Source: Lachnospiraceae bacterium
GTDB taxonomy: Bacteria > Bacillota > Clostridia > Lachnospirales > Lachnospiraceae
Length of the DNA stretch: 64,000 nucleotides
Assembly (NCBI GenBank): GCA_021771695.1
Contig: JAETON010000008.1
Coordinates: forward strand, 8,089 to 72,088
Direction: 5' to 3'
This document shows, piece after piece, positions 48,014-57,174 of this stretch. A model generated the notes under the pieces. The model saw only the letters and a program-made list of their open reading frames with translations, ran no database searches and was not told where the DNA came from. Position 1 is the stretch's first letter; each line of letters begins with the position of its first letter. Position numbers and translations under genes: made by a program.

Positions 48014-49879
48014 TTATTTTAAAATCATGATTTTTGTATCATTATCTGCTTTCTCAGACGGCATAACCGTCAGTTCTTTCCCCTGAGCGTCTGCTGCTAA
48101 AAACATCGTCTGTGTCTGATATCCTTTTTCAACGACCAAATCCATATCGAAAGATAATAATTTATCTCCTTTTTTCACTCTGTCGCCCGCTTCTTTGAAA
48201 ATTTCAAATCCTTCGCCTTCCATTTTTACTGTATCAATACCCGCATGGATTAAAAATTCACCGCCATTATTTAATGCAATCCCAATGGCATGTTTTGTCG
48301 GGAATACTAAACTAACGACTCCATCTGCCGGTGCATAAATTGTACCTTCTGTCGGATTGATGCAGACACCATCTCCCATTGCACCAGATGCAAATGCAGG
48401 ATCATTGGCATTTTTAATTGGTAATACTTCACCTTTCATTGGAGAATATAAAATAGATTCTTTTCCTTTTGTTCCCTGTTCTTCTTCTCCCATGTTAAAT
48501 TTCTTCCAAAATATCATTGTCAAAACGGCCGATACAGCCATAGATAAAATCAGTCCAATAAAGAAATTCAAATAGGATGAAGGTTTCATGGAAATAAATC
48601 CAGGAATTCCTGCCGCTCCTAATGCTTGAGCCAAAGTCTTTGTTGCTGCACAATACGCACTTCCTACACCAGATCCAATAATTGCAGCATAAAACGGATA
48701 TTTTAATTTCAATGTTACACCAAACATTGCAGGTTCTGTAATTCCGAGTAATGCAGAAACACCGGATGCAGAACAAATTGATTTCATTTTTTCGTTCTTA
48801 GTTAAGAATAACACCATTAATACTGCTGCACCCTGTGCTACGTTGTTCATGCTGGCTGTCGTGAAGATAAAGCTTCCTCCAGTATGTGCTGCATCAGCAA
48901 TCAATTGAGTCTCAATGGCAATGAAACTATGATGCATACCTGTCAAACAAATCGGTGCATATGCAAGTCCAAATAATCCACCGCCTAAAAATCCTAACGT
49001 ATTATAAACCCATGTAATTCCTGCTGCAAGAAGATTTCCTGCTTCTCTCAAAATTGGTCCTACACAAATAAATGTAAGGAAAGATGTAATCATAATTGAA
49101 AGCAGCGGTGTCGTTAAATTATCCAGCCAAGTTGGTGTAATCTTATGTAATTTCTTTTCAATCGCCGCTAAAATGAATGCTACTGCAAGTACCGGGAGTA
49201 CAGTTCCCTGATAACCAATGGCTTCAATATGGAATCCAAAAATATTCCATATTGGCGGTTCGGCAACCCCAATGCTGTATGCACTTAACAAATCCGGATG
49301 TACCATAATCATTCCCATGGCCGCTCCAAGGAATGGATTGCCTCCAAATTTCTTCGTTGCACTAAATCCAATTAATACCGGCAAAAACGTAAATGGCGCA
49401 CTGGCAAACATATTAATTGCTGCAGCAAGACCTTTCCACTGCGGATACAAGTCAATAATCGATTTCCCGTCAATCAATCCAGAAGTTAAGATATTATTGA
49501 TTCCCATTAAAAGACCGCCTGCAACAATGGCCGGAATAATCGGTACAAAAATATCACTTAACATTTTTACCAGACGCTGTAAAGGATTCCCCTTCTTTTC
49601 CTCTGGTTCATCATCTGCCGTATCAACAACATTTCCCAGCTGTTTTTGTACTTCATCACATACCAAATTCACAAGTCCTGACCCAAAAATAATCTGAAAT
49701 TGTGACTGTGTAAGAAATACCCCTTTCACTCCTTCAATATCACTGATTACATCTTCATTTCTCAGATCATTATCTTTCAGCTGCAAACGTAATCTTGTGG
49801 CACAGTGCTGAACGGATTTGATATTTTCTTTTCCCCCAACGTTTTCAATTACCTCTCTGGCAATTCTTGCATAATCCAT
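48014..49879 (-). CDS. scrA: PTS sucrose-specific EIIBCA
   Basis: EIIB 'HCATRLR', EIIC 'TGMHHSF', 'GITEPAMFG', EIIA 'PTKHAIG', 'HAGIDTV'. Confidence 0.92.
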   Translation of the reverse strand: MDYARIAREVIENVGGKENIKSVQHCATRLRLQLKDNDLRNEDVISDIEGVKGVFLTQSQFQIIFGSGLVNLVCDEVQKQLGNVVDTADDEPEEKKGNPLQRLVKMLSDIFVPIIPAIVAGGLLMGINNILTSGLIDGKSIIDLYPQWKGLAAAINMFASAPFTFLPVLIGFSATKKFGGNPFLGAAMGMIMVHPDLLSAYSIGVAEPPIWNIFGFHIEAIGYQGTVLPVLAVAFILAAIEKKLHKITPTWLDNLTTPLLSIMITSFLTFICVGPILREAGNLLAAGITWVYNTLGFLGGGLFGLAYAPICLTGMHHSFIAIETQLIADAAHTGGSFIFTTASMNNVAQGAAVLMVLFLTKNEKMKSICSASGVSALLGITEPAMFGVTLKLKYPFYAAIIGSGVGSAYCAATKTLAQALGAAGIPGFISMKPSSYLNFFIGLILSMAVSAVLTMIFWKKFNMGEEEQGTKGKESILYSPMKGEVLPIKNANDPAFASGAMGDGVCINPTEGTIYAPADGVVSLVFPTKHAIGIALNNGGEFLIHAGIDTVKMEGEGFEIFKEAGDRVKKGDKLLSFDMDLVVEKGYQTQTMFLAADAQGKELTVMPSEKADNDTKIMILK

Positions 49880-49911
49880 AATTTTTCTCCTTCATTTTGG
49901 TTAAGCGCGCT

Positions 49912-49988
49912 TATGGTATCGGTTCCATACTTGTATTATATTTACTCCCATCCAGTTTGTCAATAGTTTTTATGGCATCGGTTCCATA
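49912..49988 (-). promoter_or_regulatory. scrA promoter (TTGACA-17-TATAAT) bracketed by two LacI-type operators
   Basis: -35 at 49958-63, -10 at 49935-40; operators TATGGTATCGGTTCCATA (49912-29) and TATGGCATCGGTTCCATA (49971-88). Confidence 0.85.
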
Positions 49989-49994
49989 CTTTTC

Positions 49995-50042
49995 AAAAAA
50001 GGATACTCTCAGCGAAAACACTTCTGCTAAGAATATCCTTTT
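49995..50042 (-). terminator. Terminator after the MFS gene
   Basis: AAAAGGATA..CAGC / GCT..TATCCTTTT stem. Confidence 0.55.
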
Positions 50043-50055
50043 CTATTTTAATTTT

Positions 50056-51348
50056 CTAAACTTCTTTATGCTGTTTTTGCTTTTTTACATATGCTGTATA
50101 CAGGTAAGCACTAATTACTACAATCACTACACAAAATCCTGCTAAAATTCCAAAAATTTGAAAATATCCTCCAGCGCCGCTGCTCTTGTCCAAAATATTT
50201 CCAAAAAATGTACTTAAAAACATATCTGGGAGATATCCTACAATGGAAGCCACCCCAATTGCTGTTCCTGCTACTTTAATCGGAATATTTATTTCATGCA
50301 TGGTAGAAAACATAACTCCATATAAACACATACTGAATAAACCTGGAATCAAAGTCAGTACAGCTACTAATAAAGAAGGAGCCCCAGTTCCAATAACAAT
50401 TACCAATACAATGGAAATTGCCAGAATAATCCCTCCAAAGCGAAACCAATTCAATGTAGATTTAAATACTTTATCTGCAAGAAAACCCCCAAATGGTGCA
50501 GCTACCAGCATTACAATATATGTACGAAGAATTGAGCAGACACCAGCAGTCGTCGTAGATAATCCTACGATATCTGTTAAATATGGAGTAAAATAAGATG
50601 CACAGCTATATACACCATATATACAGAAAAACATCACAGAAACCATCCAAACTGCCGGATTCTTCAAAACAGTTCCTACATCACTAAAGTGAAATTTATC
50701 TTCCTCTGCAGTGGAGATATCTTTATTGCTATCTCCATCCATTAAAATACCGAGCAATATTGCTGCCAAGAGTGTAAAAACTGCCATAGAAATGACTGCA
50801 AAGAAAAATGCCATTTTTTCATTTTTATCTCCACCGCCAAGATTATATGCCCAAAGATTTACTGCTGCTACAATTGCTGCCGTTGTACCATTTGCTGCAT
50901 AATAAACACCATACATACTTCCCTGTTCTTCTTCTGTTCCCAAAAGACGAATTGCTTTTAAAATTGCTGTCCAGAACACAAATCCAGAAGCAAATGCCAT
51001 GAGCAGCCATACAATCAATGAAATCACAAATGATGTAGACTGTGGTAATTCAAAATAAATTGCTCCAGCAAAAACCAAAGTTAATACAGTAGCTGCCAGC
51101 AGTGACAACATCAATGCTTTTTTAGGATTCATCCTATCTGCTAAAATCCCTCCCGGAATATACAAAATAACACATCCTATCGCATACATAGTTAATAATA
51201 ATCCAGATTGTGCATTGCTTATATGCAGCACATGAATAATTGGATCATAAAATACATATTTTAAATAAGGAAAAATATAAATGGATCCGCCTGCAAGTCC
51301 CAAAACAATGAGTGTTAAATATTTTTTTAACACATTATTACGATTCAT
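50056..51348 (-). CDS. MFS transporter (YihN/YqcE-like)
   Basis: ~12 TM segments; 'GGSIY.FPYL...FY', 'PGG.LADR', 'FW.A..KAIR.LG...EQG'. Confidence 0.85.
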   Translation of the reverse strand: MNRNNVLKKYLTLIVLGLAGGSIYIFPYLKYVFYDPIIHVLHISNAQSGLLLTMYAIGCVILYIPGGILADRMNPKKALMLSLLAATVLTLVFAGAIYFELPQSTSFVISLIVWLLMAFASGFVFWTAILKAIRLLGTEEEQGSMYGVYYAANGTTAAIVAAVNLWAYNLGGGDKNEKMAFFFAVISMAVFTLLAAILLGILMDGDSNKDISTAEEDKFHFSDVGTVLKNPAVWMVSVMFFCIYGVYSCASYFTPYLTDIVGLSTTTAGVCSILRTYIVMLVAAPFGGFLADKVFKSTLNWFRFGGIILAISIVLVIVIGTGAPSLLVAVLTLIPGLFSMCLYGVMFSTMHEINIPIKVAGTAIGVASIVGYLPDMFLSTFFGNILDKSSGAGGYFQIFGILAGFCVVIVVISAYLYTAYVKKQKQHKEV

Positions 51349-51381
51349 AACCTTAAACCTCTCTTTCTTTTTTCATGCCGT

Positions 51382-52947
51382 TTATAGTTTTTTATTTGAA
51401 CTCTGACAATAAGATATGATTTCTTCTTTTGACATATTTCCAAAATCTTGTTTCATTGCCTTTATTACAGATACTGCAATAATCACTGCAATAAATATCA
51501 ATGGAAAACCAAGTACAATTGCAAACTTCTGTACAAGTTTCAACCCACCTGTAAAGGATAAAGCAATCGACAAAGCAAAAATAGCAATCGCCCAGCTAAA
51601 TCTGTTATACAAATGCGGATCCTGATCAGGATCCAAATTCTTTGAAGTAGCTGATCCGAGAACTAATGCCGTAGAATCTATAGTTGTTGCCAGAAATACA
51701 AAGCATAAAATAATTAATATCACGATATATATTTTGCTAAATGGCAATGTATGCATGATCGCAAGCACTGCTCCTTCATTACCTTCTTTTTTCAAAATAG
51801 ATACTAAATCTACAATTCCCTTTTTCTGTAGAAATAAAGAATATCCCCCTAAAATTCCTAGAAATGTACAACATCCAAGACTTCCATAAACCATTTGACC
51901 AAGAAGTACCTGTTTTAATGTTCTTCCTCTGGAAACTTTTGCAATAAAGATTCCCATAATCGGAATAAAAATCAGCCACCATCCCCAATAAAACATCGTC
52001 CACTCATTCACAAATTTCTTATTTCCAAAGGGATCCGTATAGAAAATCATTCTTGGCAGATTATTTATGTACAAACCAATGCTGTTTAACTCCATACTAA
52101 ACAAATCCTCTAATGGAGAAACCAGTAGAAATGCCGATAAAAATCCAAAAATAATCACCACATTTACATTTGTCAATTTTCGGATTCCACTATCCAGTCC
52201 TCTGAATACACTCCACCCAAAAATCAAAAACCATACTGCAAATACCATAAGCTGCAAATTCAAACTTTCCGGTATTCCCATTACATTTGAAATTAACTTT
52301 GCCATTACTGGAACTCCAAGTCCCAAAGATGTTGTGATTGAAGCAACAATTCCAAGGGCAACAATGGAATCAACAATTTTTCCAAGCCATGATTCTCCAA
52401 ATCTTTTTCCAAACAACGGGGTCATAGCATTTGAAATCTTTACATTTTTACTTTTTCTTACATAAAGCATATAAGAAATTCCTGCAACTGCAGGTACATA
52501 AAATGCCCATGCACTTAATCCCCAATGAAACTGTCCATACATATGTGCATATTCATAAGCTTTTATGGACATTGCTTTCACATGAAACGGTGTATTTGTT
52601 AGATAATATAACGGTTCCGAAAAACCAAGAATCACTGTGCTGGATCCAGCCCCAGAGGTGAATATCATAGCAGCCCAGCTAAATGTTGAAAATCGAGGTT
52701 TGTCCTCTGAACTGCCTAGTTTTACATTCCCATACTTGCTGAAATAAAGAAAAAAGAATAGTCCAAAACATCCAATACTTGTTAATATATATAACCAGCC
52801 AAATTTACCTACTACAACGGAAAACAATTTTTCAATAATGCTTGTAACTATTTGAGGTTCACTCATCAGAAGAAACAGTAATATTATAATCAGTGCAATT
52901 GTCATGAAATATATTCGTTTATCCAGTTCTTTTAATGCTTCTTTCAT
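51382..52947 (-). CDS. BCCT-family transporter
   Basis: 'KYGNVKLG...KP.FST.SW.AM.F', 'FHWG..AW..Y', 'WTMFYWGWW', 'IA.VSRGRT', 'TT.DS'; start moved to the RBS-linked ATG. Confidence 0.9.
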   Translation of the reverse strand: MKEALKELDKRIYFMTIALIIILLFLLMSEPQIVTSIIEKLFSVVVGKFGWLYILTSIGCFGLFFFLYFSKYGNVKLGSSEDKPRFSTFSWAAMIFTSGAGSSTVILGFSEPLYYLTNTPFHVKAMSIKAYEYAHMYGQFHWGLSAWAFYVPAVAGISYMLYVRKSKNVKISNAMTPLFGKRFGESWLGKIVDSIVALGIVASITTSLGLGVPVMAKLISNVMGIPESLNLQLMVFAVWFLIFGWSVFRGLDSGIRKLTNVNVVIIFGFLSAFLLVSPLEDLFSMELNSIGLYINNLPRMIFYTDPFGNKKFVNEWTMFYWGWWLIFIPIMGIFIAKVSRGRTLKQVLLGQMVYGSLGCCTFLGILGGYSLFLQKKGIVDLVSILKKEGNEGAVLAIMHTLPFSKIYIVILIILCFVFLATTIDSTALVLGSATSKNLDPDQDPHLYNRFSWAIAIFALSIALSFTGGLKLVQKFAIVLGFPLIFIAVIIAVSVIKAMKQDFGNMSKEEIISYCQSSNKKL

Positions 52948-52983
52948 AGATTCCTCACATTTCAACACTAAATTTTTCCGTTA

Positions 52984-53988
52984 TTAAAAATTCGTTATAT
53001 CTACATCGTTTACCATTCGAAAAACTTTATCTGATTCCCCACGTAAAACATAGCACAGATTTTCTGCTGCAATTCTCTGACATTCATATAAGGCAAAGTC
53101 AGAATAAAATGCCATATGTGGTGTTAAAACCACATCTTCTCTTCCCACAAATGGACTTTTCAAAGTATTTTCATTAGTTTCCTCAACCAATACGTCCAAT
53201 CCCGCTCCAAATATCTTTCCAGTATCCAGTGCTTCCAATAAAGCATTTTCATCAATCATTGCCCCTCTGGAAACATTCACTATAATTGGCTTTTTTTTCA
53301 TCATATTGAATGCCTCTTTATTCAGCATATTAATATTCTGGTCTGTGAGTCTCATATGAACACTAATGACATCTGAAGTCTCAAATAATTCTTCTTTACT
53401 TACTAATTTCACATTCAATGCTTCCGCAGTTTTCTCTGGACAAGTAGGACTATATGCAATTACATTCATTCCAAATCCCTGAGCTCGTCTGGCAACGGCC
53501 TTTCCAATCTTCCCCAATCCCAAAATACCAAATGTAGACCCTTCTAAACGAATCATTCCAGAAGTAGAATTGTAATCATAAATATGTTTTTTCTCGATTT
53601 CCTGATCATAATGTTTTAATTTTCTTGCAACCGCCAGCATCAAAGCAATCGAATGGTCTGCAACTTCTTGTGTACAATATTCTCCAATTACAGTAACTGC
53701 TGTATTTTGTTTTTGTGCCGCATCTGCATCCACAAAATTATATCCTGTAGCTTCAATGGAAATCCCCTTTAAATTCGGATTACTCTCTATAATCTCTTTT
53801 GGAAATTCTAAGTAAGATGTTAAAATTCCATCCACATCTTGGATTGCCCTTTTAAATGCCTCATCATCACCCTCATGAACATATAGTGAAATTTCTGTAT
53901 CTTCCCCCAGAAATTTTTTAAAAATATTTTTTTCAATTTCCAGATCTCTGTTTAGAGGTTCTTTATAATCACAAATTGCTACTTTCAT
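52984..53988 (-). CDS. D-2-hydroxyacid dehydrogenase (CtBP-like subgroup)
   Basis: 'YCTQEVADH', 'GLGKIG', 'NVSRG', 'LDV..EE', 'TPHMAFYS'. Confidence 0.9.
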   Translation of the reverse strand: MKVAICDYKEPLNRDLEIEKNIFKKFLGEDTEISLYVHEGDDEAFKRAIQDVDGILTSYLEFPKEIIESNPNLKGISIEATGYNFVDADAAQKQNTAVTVIGEYCTQEVADHSIALMLAVARKLKHYDQEIEKKHIYDYNSTSGMIRLEGSTFGILGLGKIGKAVARRAQGFGMNVIAYSPTCPEKTAEALNVKLVSKEELFETSDVISVHMRLTDQNINMLNKEAFNMMKKKPIIVNVSRGAMIDENALLEALDTGKIFGAGLDVLVEETNENTLKSPFVGREDVVLTPHMAFYSDFALYECQRIAAENLCYVLRGESDKVFRMVNDVDITNF

Positions 53989-54002
53989 TTCCCCATCCTC
54001 CC

Positions 54003-55103
54003 CTATTTCATAGAGTCCATTATATTTTTTAATTCTTTCAGAAACTCCTTATTTTGTTCTGTTGTTCCGATACTGACACGAAGATGTTTATCATATCCCC
54101 ATCCACCGCAAGGTCTAACAATGATTCCTTTCTTCAAAAGTTTTTCTCCGATCTCTCCTGCATCATATGGAGTACTAAAAAATACGAAATTTGCATAAGA
54201 TGGATAACTCGTACATCCCATTTTATCCAATTCGTCATTCATCCATTCTCTGTCTTTCATCATCAATTCACCATATTTTTTACATTCTTCTGGATTTTCC
54301 ATCAATGCAACGGCTCCTGCCAGTCCAATACGATTTGCATTAAACGGTTCACTAACCGTATCATACCAGTTTACAAACTCTGGATTAGCAACTAGATACC
54401 CAATTCGTCCTCCTGCAATTCCATAATATTTAGAGAAAGTGTGAATATCTATAACGTTTTTTCCTGCTCTAATATATCTCATTGCATCTGGCAGTAAATC
54501 CTTATCACAAAATTCTGCATAAGCTTCATCAATTACCAGCCAGCAATTTTCTGGCATCGCATCTACAAAATCATCAAAAGTATTTTTGTCAATCACAGAT
54601 CCCGTCGGATTATTTGGATTACAAATCCATACAATTTTTGTTTTATCTGTGAAAGCTGCTTTATAATCAGCAAGGTCAATCGTATAATTTTCTTTTAGCG
54701 GGACTTCTACAACTTTGGCTCCCATAATTTTAGAAATTTCACGATATAAACGATAAGATTCTTTTGGCACAAGCACTTCATCTCCATCTTCCAATAAAGT
54801 TTTTGCAACGGAATCCAATACATTTCCTGCTCCATGTCCAAGACTGACCCAATTTCCATCAACACCCATTTTTTCGCCAACTAATTCTTTTAAACGAATA
54901 TAATTTTTTTCCGGATAGATATTTAGTCTTTCAACTTCAGACCGCATTGCCTCCAAAGCACATTGATACGGACCATATTGATTCTCATTGGACCCTAATT
55001 TGATCACACTGCTAAGTCCATACTCAGACATAACTTCATCCATACTCTTTCCAGACACATACTTTTCGCAATCAAATGCTTCTTTACGAATACCTTTTAC
55101 CAT
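54003..55103 (-). CDS. HisC-like PLP aminotransferase (class I/II)
   Basis: 'KL.SNEN.YGP', 'CNPNNPTG', 'DEAY', 'TFSKYYG.AG.RIGY', 'LRVSIG'; not in a his operon. Confidence 0.88.
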   Translation of the reverse strand: MVKGIRKEAFDCEKYVSGKSMDEVMSEYGLSSVIKLGSNENQYGPYQCALEAMRSEVERLNIYPEKNYIRLKELVGEKMGVDGNWVSLGHGAGNVLDSVAKTLLEDGDEVLVPKESYRLYREISKIMGAKVVEVPLKENYTIDLADYKAAFTDKTKIVWICNPNNPTGSVIDKNTFDDFVDAMPENCWLVIDEAYAEFCDKDLLPDAMRYIRAGKNVIDIHTFSKYYGIAGGRIGYLVANPEFVNWYDTVSEPFNANRIGLAGAVALMENPEECKKYGELMMKDREWMNDELDKMGCTSYPSYANFVFFSTPYDAGEIGEKLLKKGIIVRPCGGWGYDKHLRVSIGTTEQNKEFLKELKNIMDSMK

Positions 55104-55132
55104 TCCTATAATCCTCCTGAAAATTTATTAAC

Positions 55133-55212
55133 AAAAAAAGGTGCCCTTCCCCTTTGAGAATGACACCTTTGTCGATATGGCGATTATAAGTCACCGCAAC
55201 AAATCCAGTCAA
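55133..55212 (-). promoter_or_regulatory. Promoter followed directly by a leader terminator (attenuator-like)
   Basis: TTGACT (55207-12)-N18-TATAAT (55183-88), then AAAGGTGTC...GGCACCTTTTTTT (55133-55173) before the RBS. Confidence 0.6.
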
Positions 55213-55289
55213 CTTTTTTGCTCATTTTTTTAATTATTTAAAAAAACACTTCAAAAATAGTTTATTTTATTTTGTTTTTCATTAATCAT

Positions 55290-55760
55290 TTAATCATCTA
55301 TATCATCTTCATCCACTGGTAAAATGATTCTGCGCTGCTCCGTAGAAGTCAAAAATACAATATCTGTATGAGTATTTCCATAATTTTGCAGTCCTTGAAG
55401 AAAGGAATCTAAATCTCTCGTTGATTCAAAGACAGTTTCTAACAAAATCGAATAATCCCCTGTAATCGTATAGCTTGCCATAACATTTGAGAAATTTTCC
55501 AAATACTGAAGGAATTCTGCTCGTTTACGGGTATTCAATGCTACTTTAATAAAAGCTTTTATTCCCATACCCACTCTCTCCAAATTCAATTTTGCATGAT
55601 AACCTTCAATATATCCATCCTCCTCCAAATGCTGTATTCGGACTGTAACTGCGGGAGAAGATAAAAAAACATGTTCTGCAATATCTTTTACCGGCATTCT
55701 CGCATTTTCCTGAAGGAGATTTAATATTTTCCGATCTATTTTATCCAAACCTTTTGCCAC
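55290..55760 (-). CDS. Lrp/AsnC-family regulator
   Basis: 'LDKIDRKIL.LLQENAR', 'LS.PAV..RI..LE..GYI.GY', 'ITGDYS'; likely GTG start at 55760 (track ORF extends to 55802). Confidence 0.92.
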   Translation of the reverse strand: MAKGLDKIDRKILNLLQENARMPVKDIAEHVFLSSPAVTVRIQHLEEDGYIEGYHAKLNLERVGMGIKAFIKVALNTRKRAEFLQYLENFSNVMASYTITGDYSILLETVFESTRDLDSFLQGLQNYGNTHTDIVFLTSTEQRRIILPVDEDDIDD

Positions 55761-55932
55761 GTCAACCTCAACTTTCCATCTACCATTTGTAATCTGTGTC
55801 ATTATATCATCTTTTTACTATTTCCTGCAATGAATCCACAATTGCCCCTCTACCAAATTCCCTCTATTTATGATATGATAACCTTAATTTATATTTTTCA
55901 TGAATATATCTTTTATCCAAGGAGTAACCGCA

Positions 55933-57126
55933 ATGAAAAAAATACAACCATTAAATCAAACCATAGAAAAATTTCTTCCTCTTGCCCAAAAAATTTTAGA
56001 TTGGATGAACCAAAATCCCGAAATTTCCGGTCAAGAGAAGAAAACTTCCGCCTTCTTAGTAAAATTACTTAGAGAACAAGGTTATAAAGTAACATCTCCC
56101 ATCAAAAGAGTCAAATACTCTTTCCTTGCAAAACGCCCGGAAGATCTCAATAGCAAAAAACCTAAAGTTGCCATTCTGTGCGAATATGATGCTGTTGAAC
56201 ATCTGGGCCAGAGCTGTGGCCATTCAGCCAGTTGTGCTGCGAGTATCTTATGTGCTCTAGCACTGGAAAATTCTTATGAAGATTTTCCATTTCAATTAGA
56301 ATTGATTGGTACTCCAAACGAAGAAGTTGCCGGAGGTAAAATTGCTCTTCTTGCCAAAGGAGTTTTTGATTCCTATGATTTTGCGATTCTTACACAGATG
56401 AGTCCCACAAACAAACCTTGTTTTCAAACGGTTGCTTCCAGCGACTTAATTTTACATTTTTATGGAAAAACTGCTCATGCTTCTGTAAATCCTTGGGAGG
56501 GTGTCAATGCTCTCAATGGTGTTCAATTGTTTTTCCATGCCATTGATATGCTTCGTCCTCATTTAGAACCAGGCAATCAAGTAAACGGGATTATACAAGA
56601 TGGCGGACTGATTCCAAATGTTATCCCACAACAATCCAGTGCCTATGTTTATCTTCGTGCAAATCGCTATGAACAAATCCTACAATTAAAAAAACGGATT
56701 GAAACCTGTGCCAAAGGTGCCGCCATTGCAACAGAAAACAAATATGACACTGCACAATTAAATCCAACCTATGCTGAAGTTTTCAATGGAAGAACCAGCA
56801 GCCACTTAGTTTGTCAAGTCATGGAAGAACTCCATATGGAATGTGATACTTTGGAACCAATCATTGGTTCCAGTGATGTAGGAAATGTCAATCTGACTAT
56901 TCCAGTATTTTATCCCATGATTTCCATTGGTGAAAATGTACCTTTGTATTCCAAAGAATTTTCCGAATGTTTGAAAGGAATTCCTGGACAAACCGGAATG
57001 AAAAATGGTGCTATGGTCATGAGTAAAATCATCGAACATCTTGCTTTTCATCCGGAAAAACTCGAACAAATAAAAAAAGAACATACTGCATACCGAAACC
57101 AATCAGAATCTGTAGAATACTTCTAA
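55933..57126 (+). CDS. M20D amidohydrolase homolog (AbgB/PM20D2/HmrA-like) with degenerate metal site
   Basis: 'PEISGQE', 'EYDA', 'CGH', 'GTPNEE..GGK', 'GK.AHA...PWEG.NAL', 'GSSDVGNV'; RBS AAGGAG before ATG at 55933. Confidence 0.85.
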   Translation: MKKIQPLNQTIEKFLPLAQKILDWMNQNPEISGQEKKTSAFLVKLLREQGYKVTSPIKRVKYSFLAKRPEDLNSKKPKVAILCEYDAVEHLGQSCGHSASCAASILCALALENSYEDFPFQLELIGTPNEEVAGGKIALLAKGVFDSYDFAILTQMSPTNKPCFQTVASSDLILHFYGKTAHASVNPWEGVNALNGVQLFFHAIDMLRPHLEPGNQVNGIIQDGGLIPNVIPQQSSAYVYLRANRYEQILQLKKRIETCAKGAAIATENKYDTAQLNPTYAEVFNGRTSSHLVCQVMEELHMECDTLEPIIGSSDVGNVNLTIPVFYPMISIGENVPLYSKEFSECLKGIPGQTGMKNGAMVMSKIIEHLAFHPEKLEQIKKEHTAYRNQSESVEYF

Positions 57127-57168
57127 AAACAGAGGACAAAGACCGGTTTGTCGTTTTGTTCTCTGTTT
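57127..57168. terminator. Bidirectional terminator between the M20 gene and the LacI gene
   Basis: AAACAGAGGACAAA / TTTGTTCTCTGTTT. Confidence 0.7.
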
Positions 57169-57174
57169 ATATTT

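Noticed and set aside
54003-55103. Calling this gene hisC of histidine biosynthesis
   Set aside because: No his genes are nearby and the context is catabolic, so the symbol is withheld.
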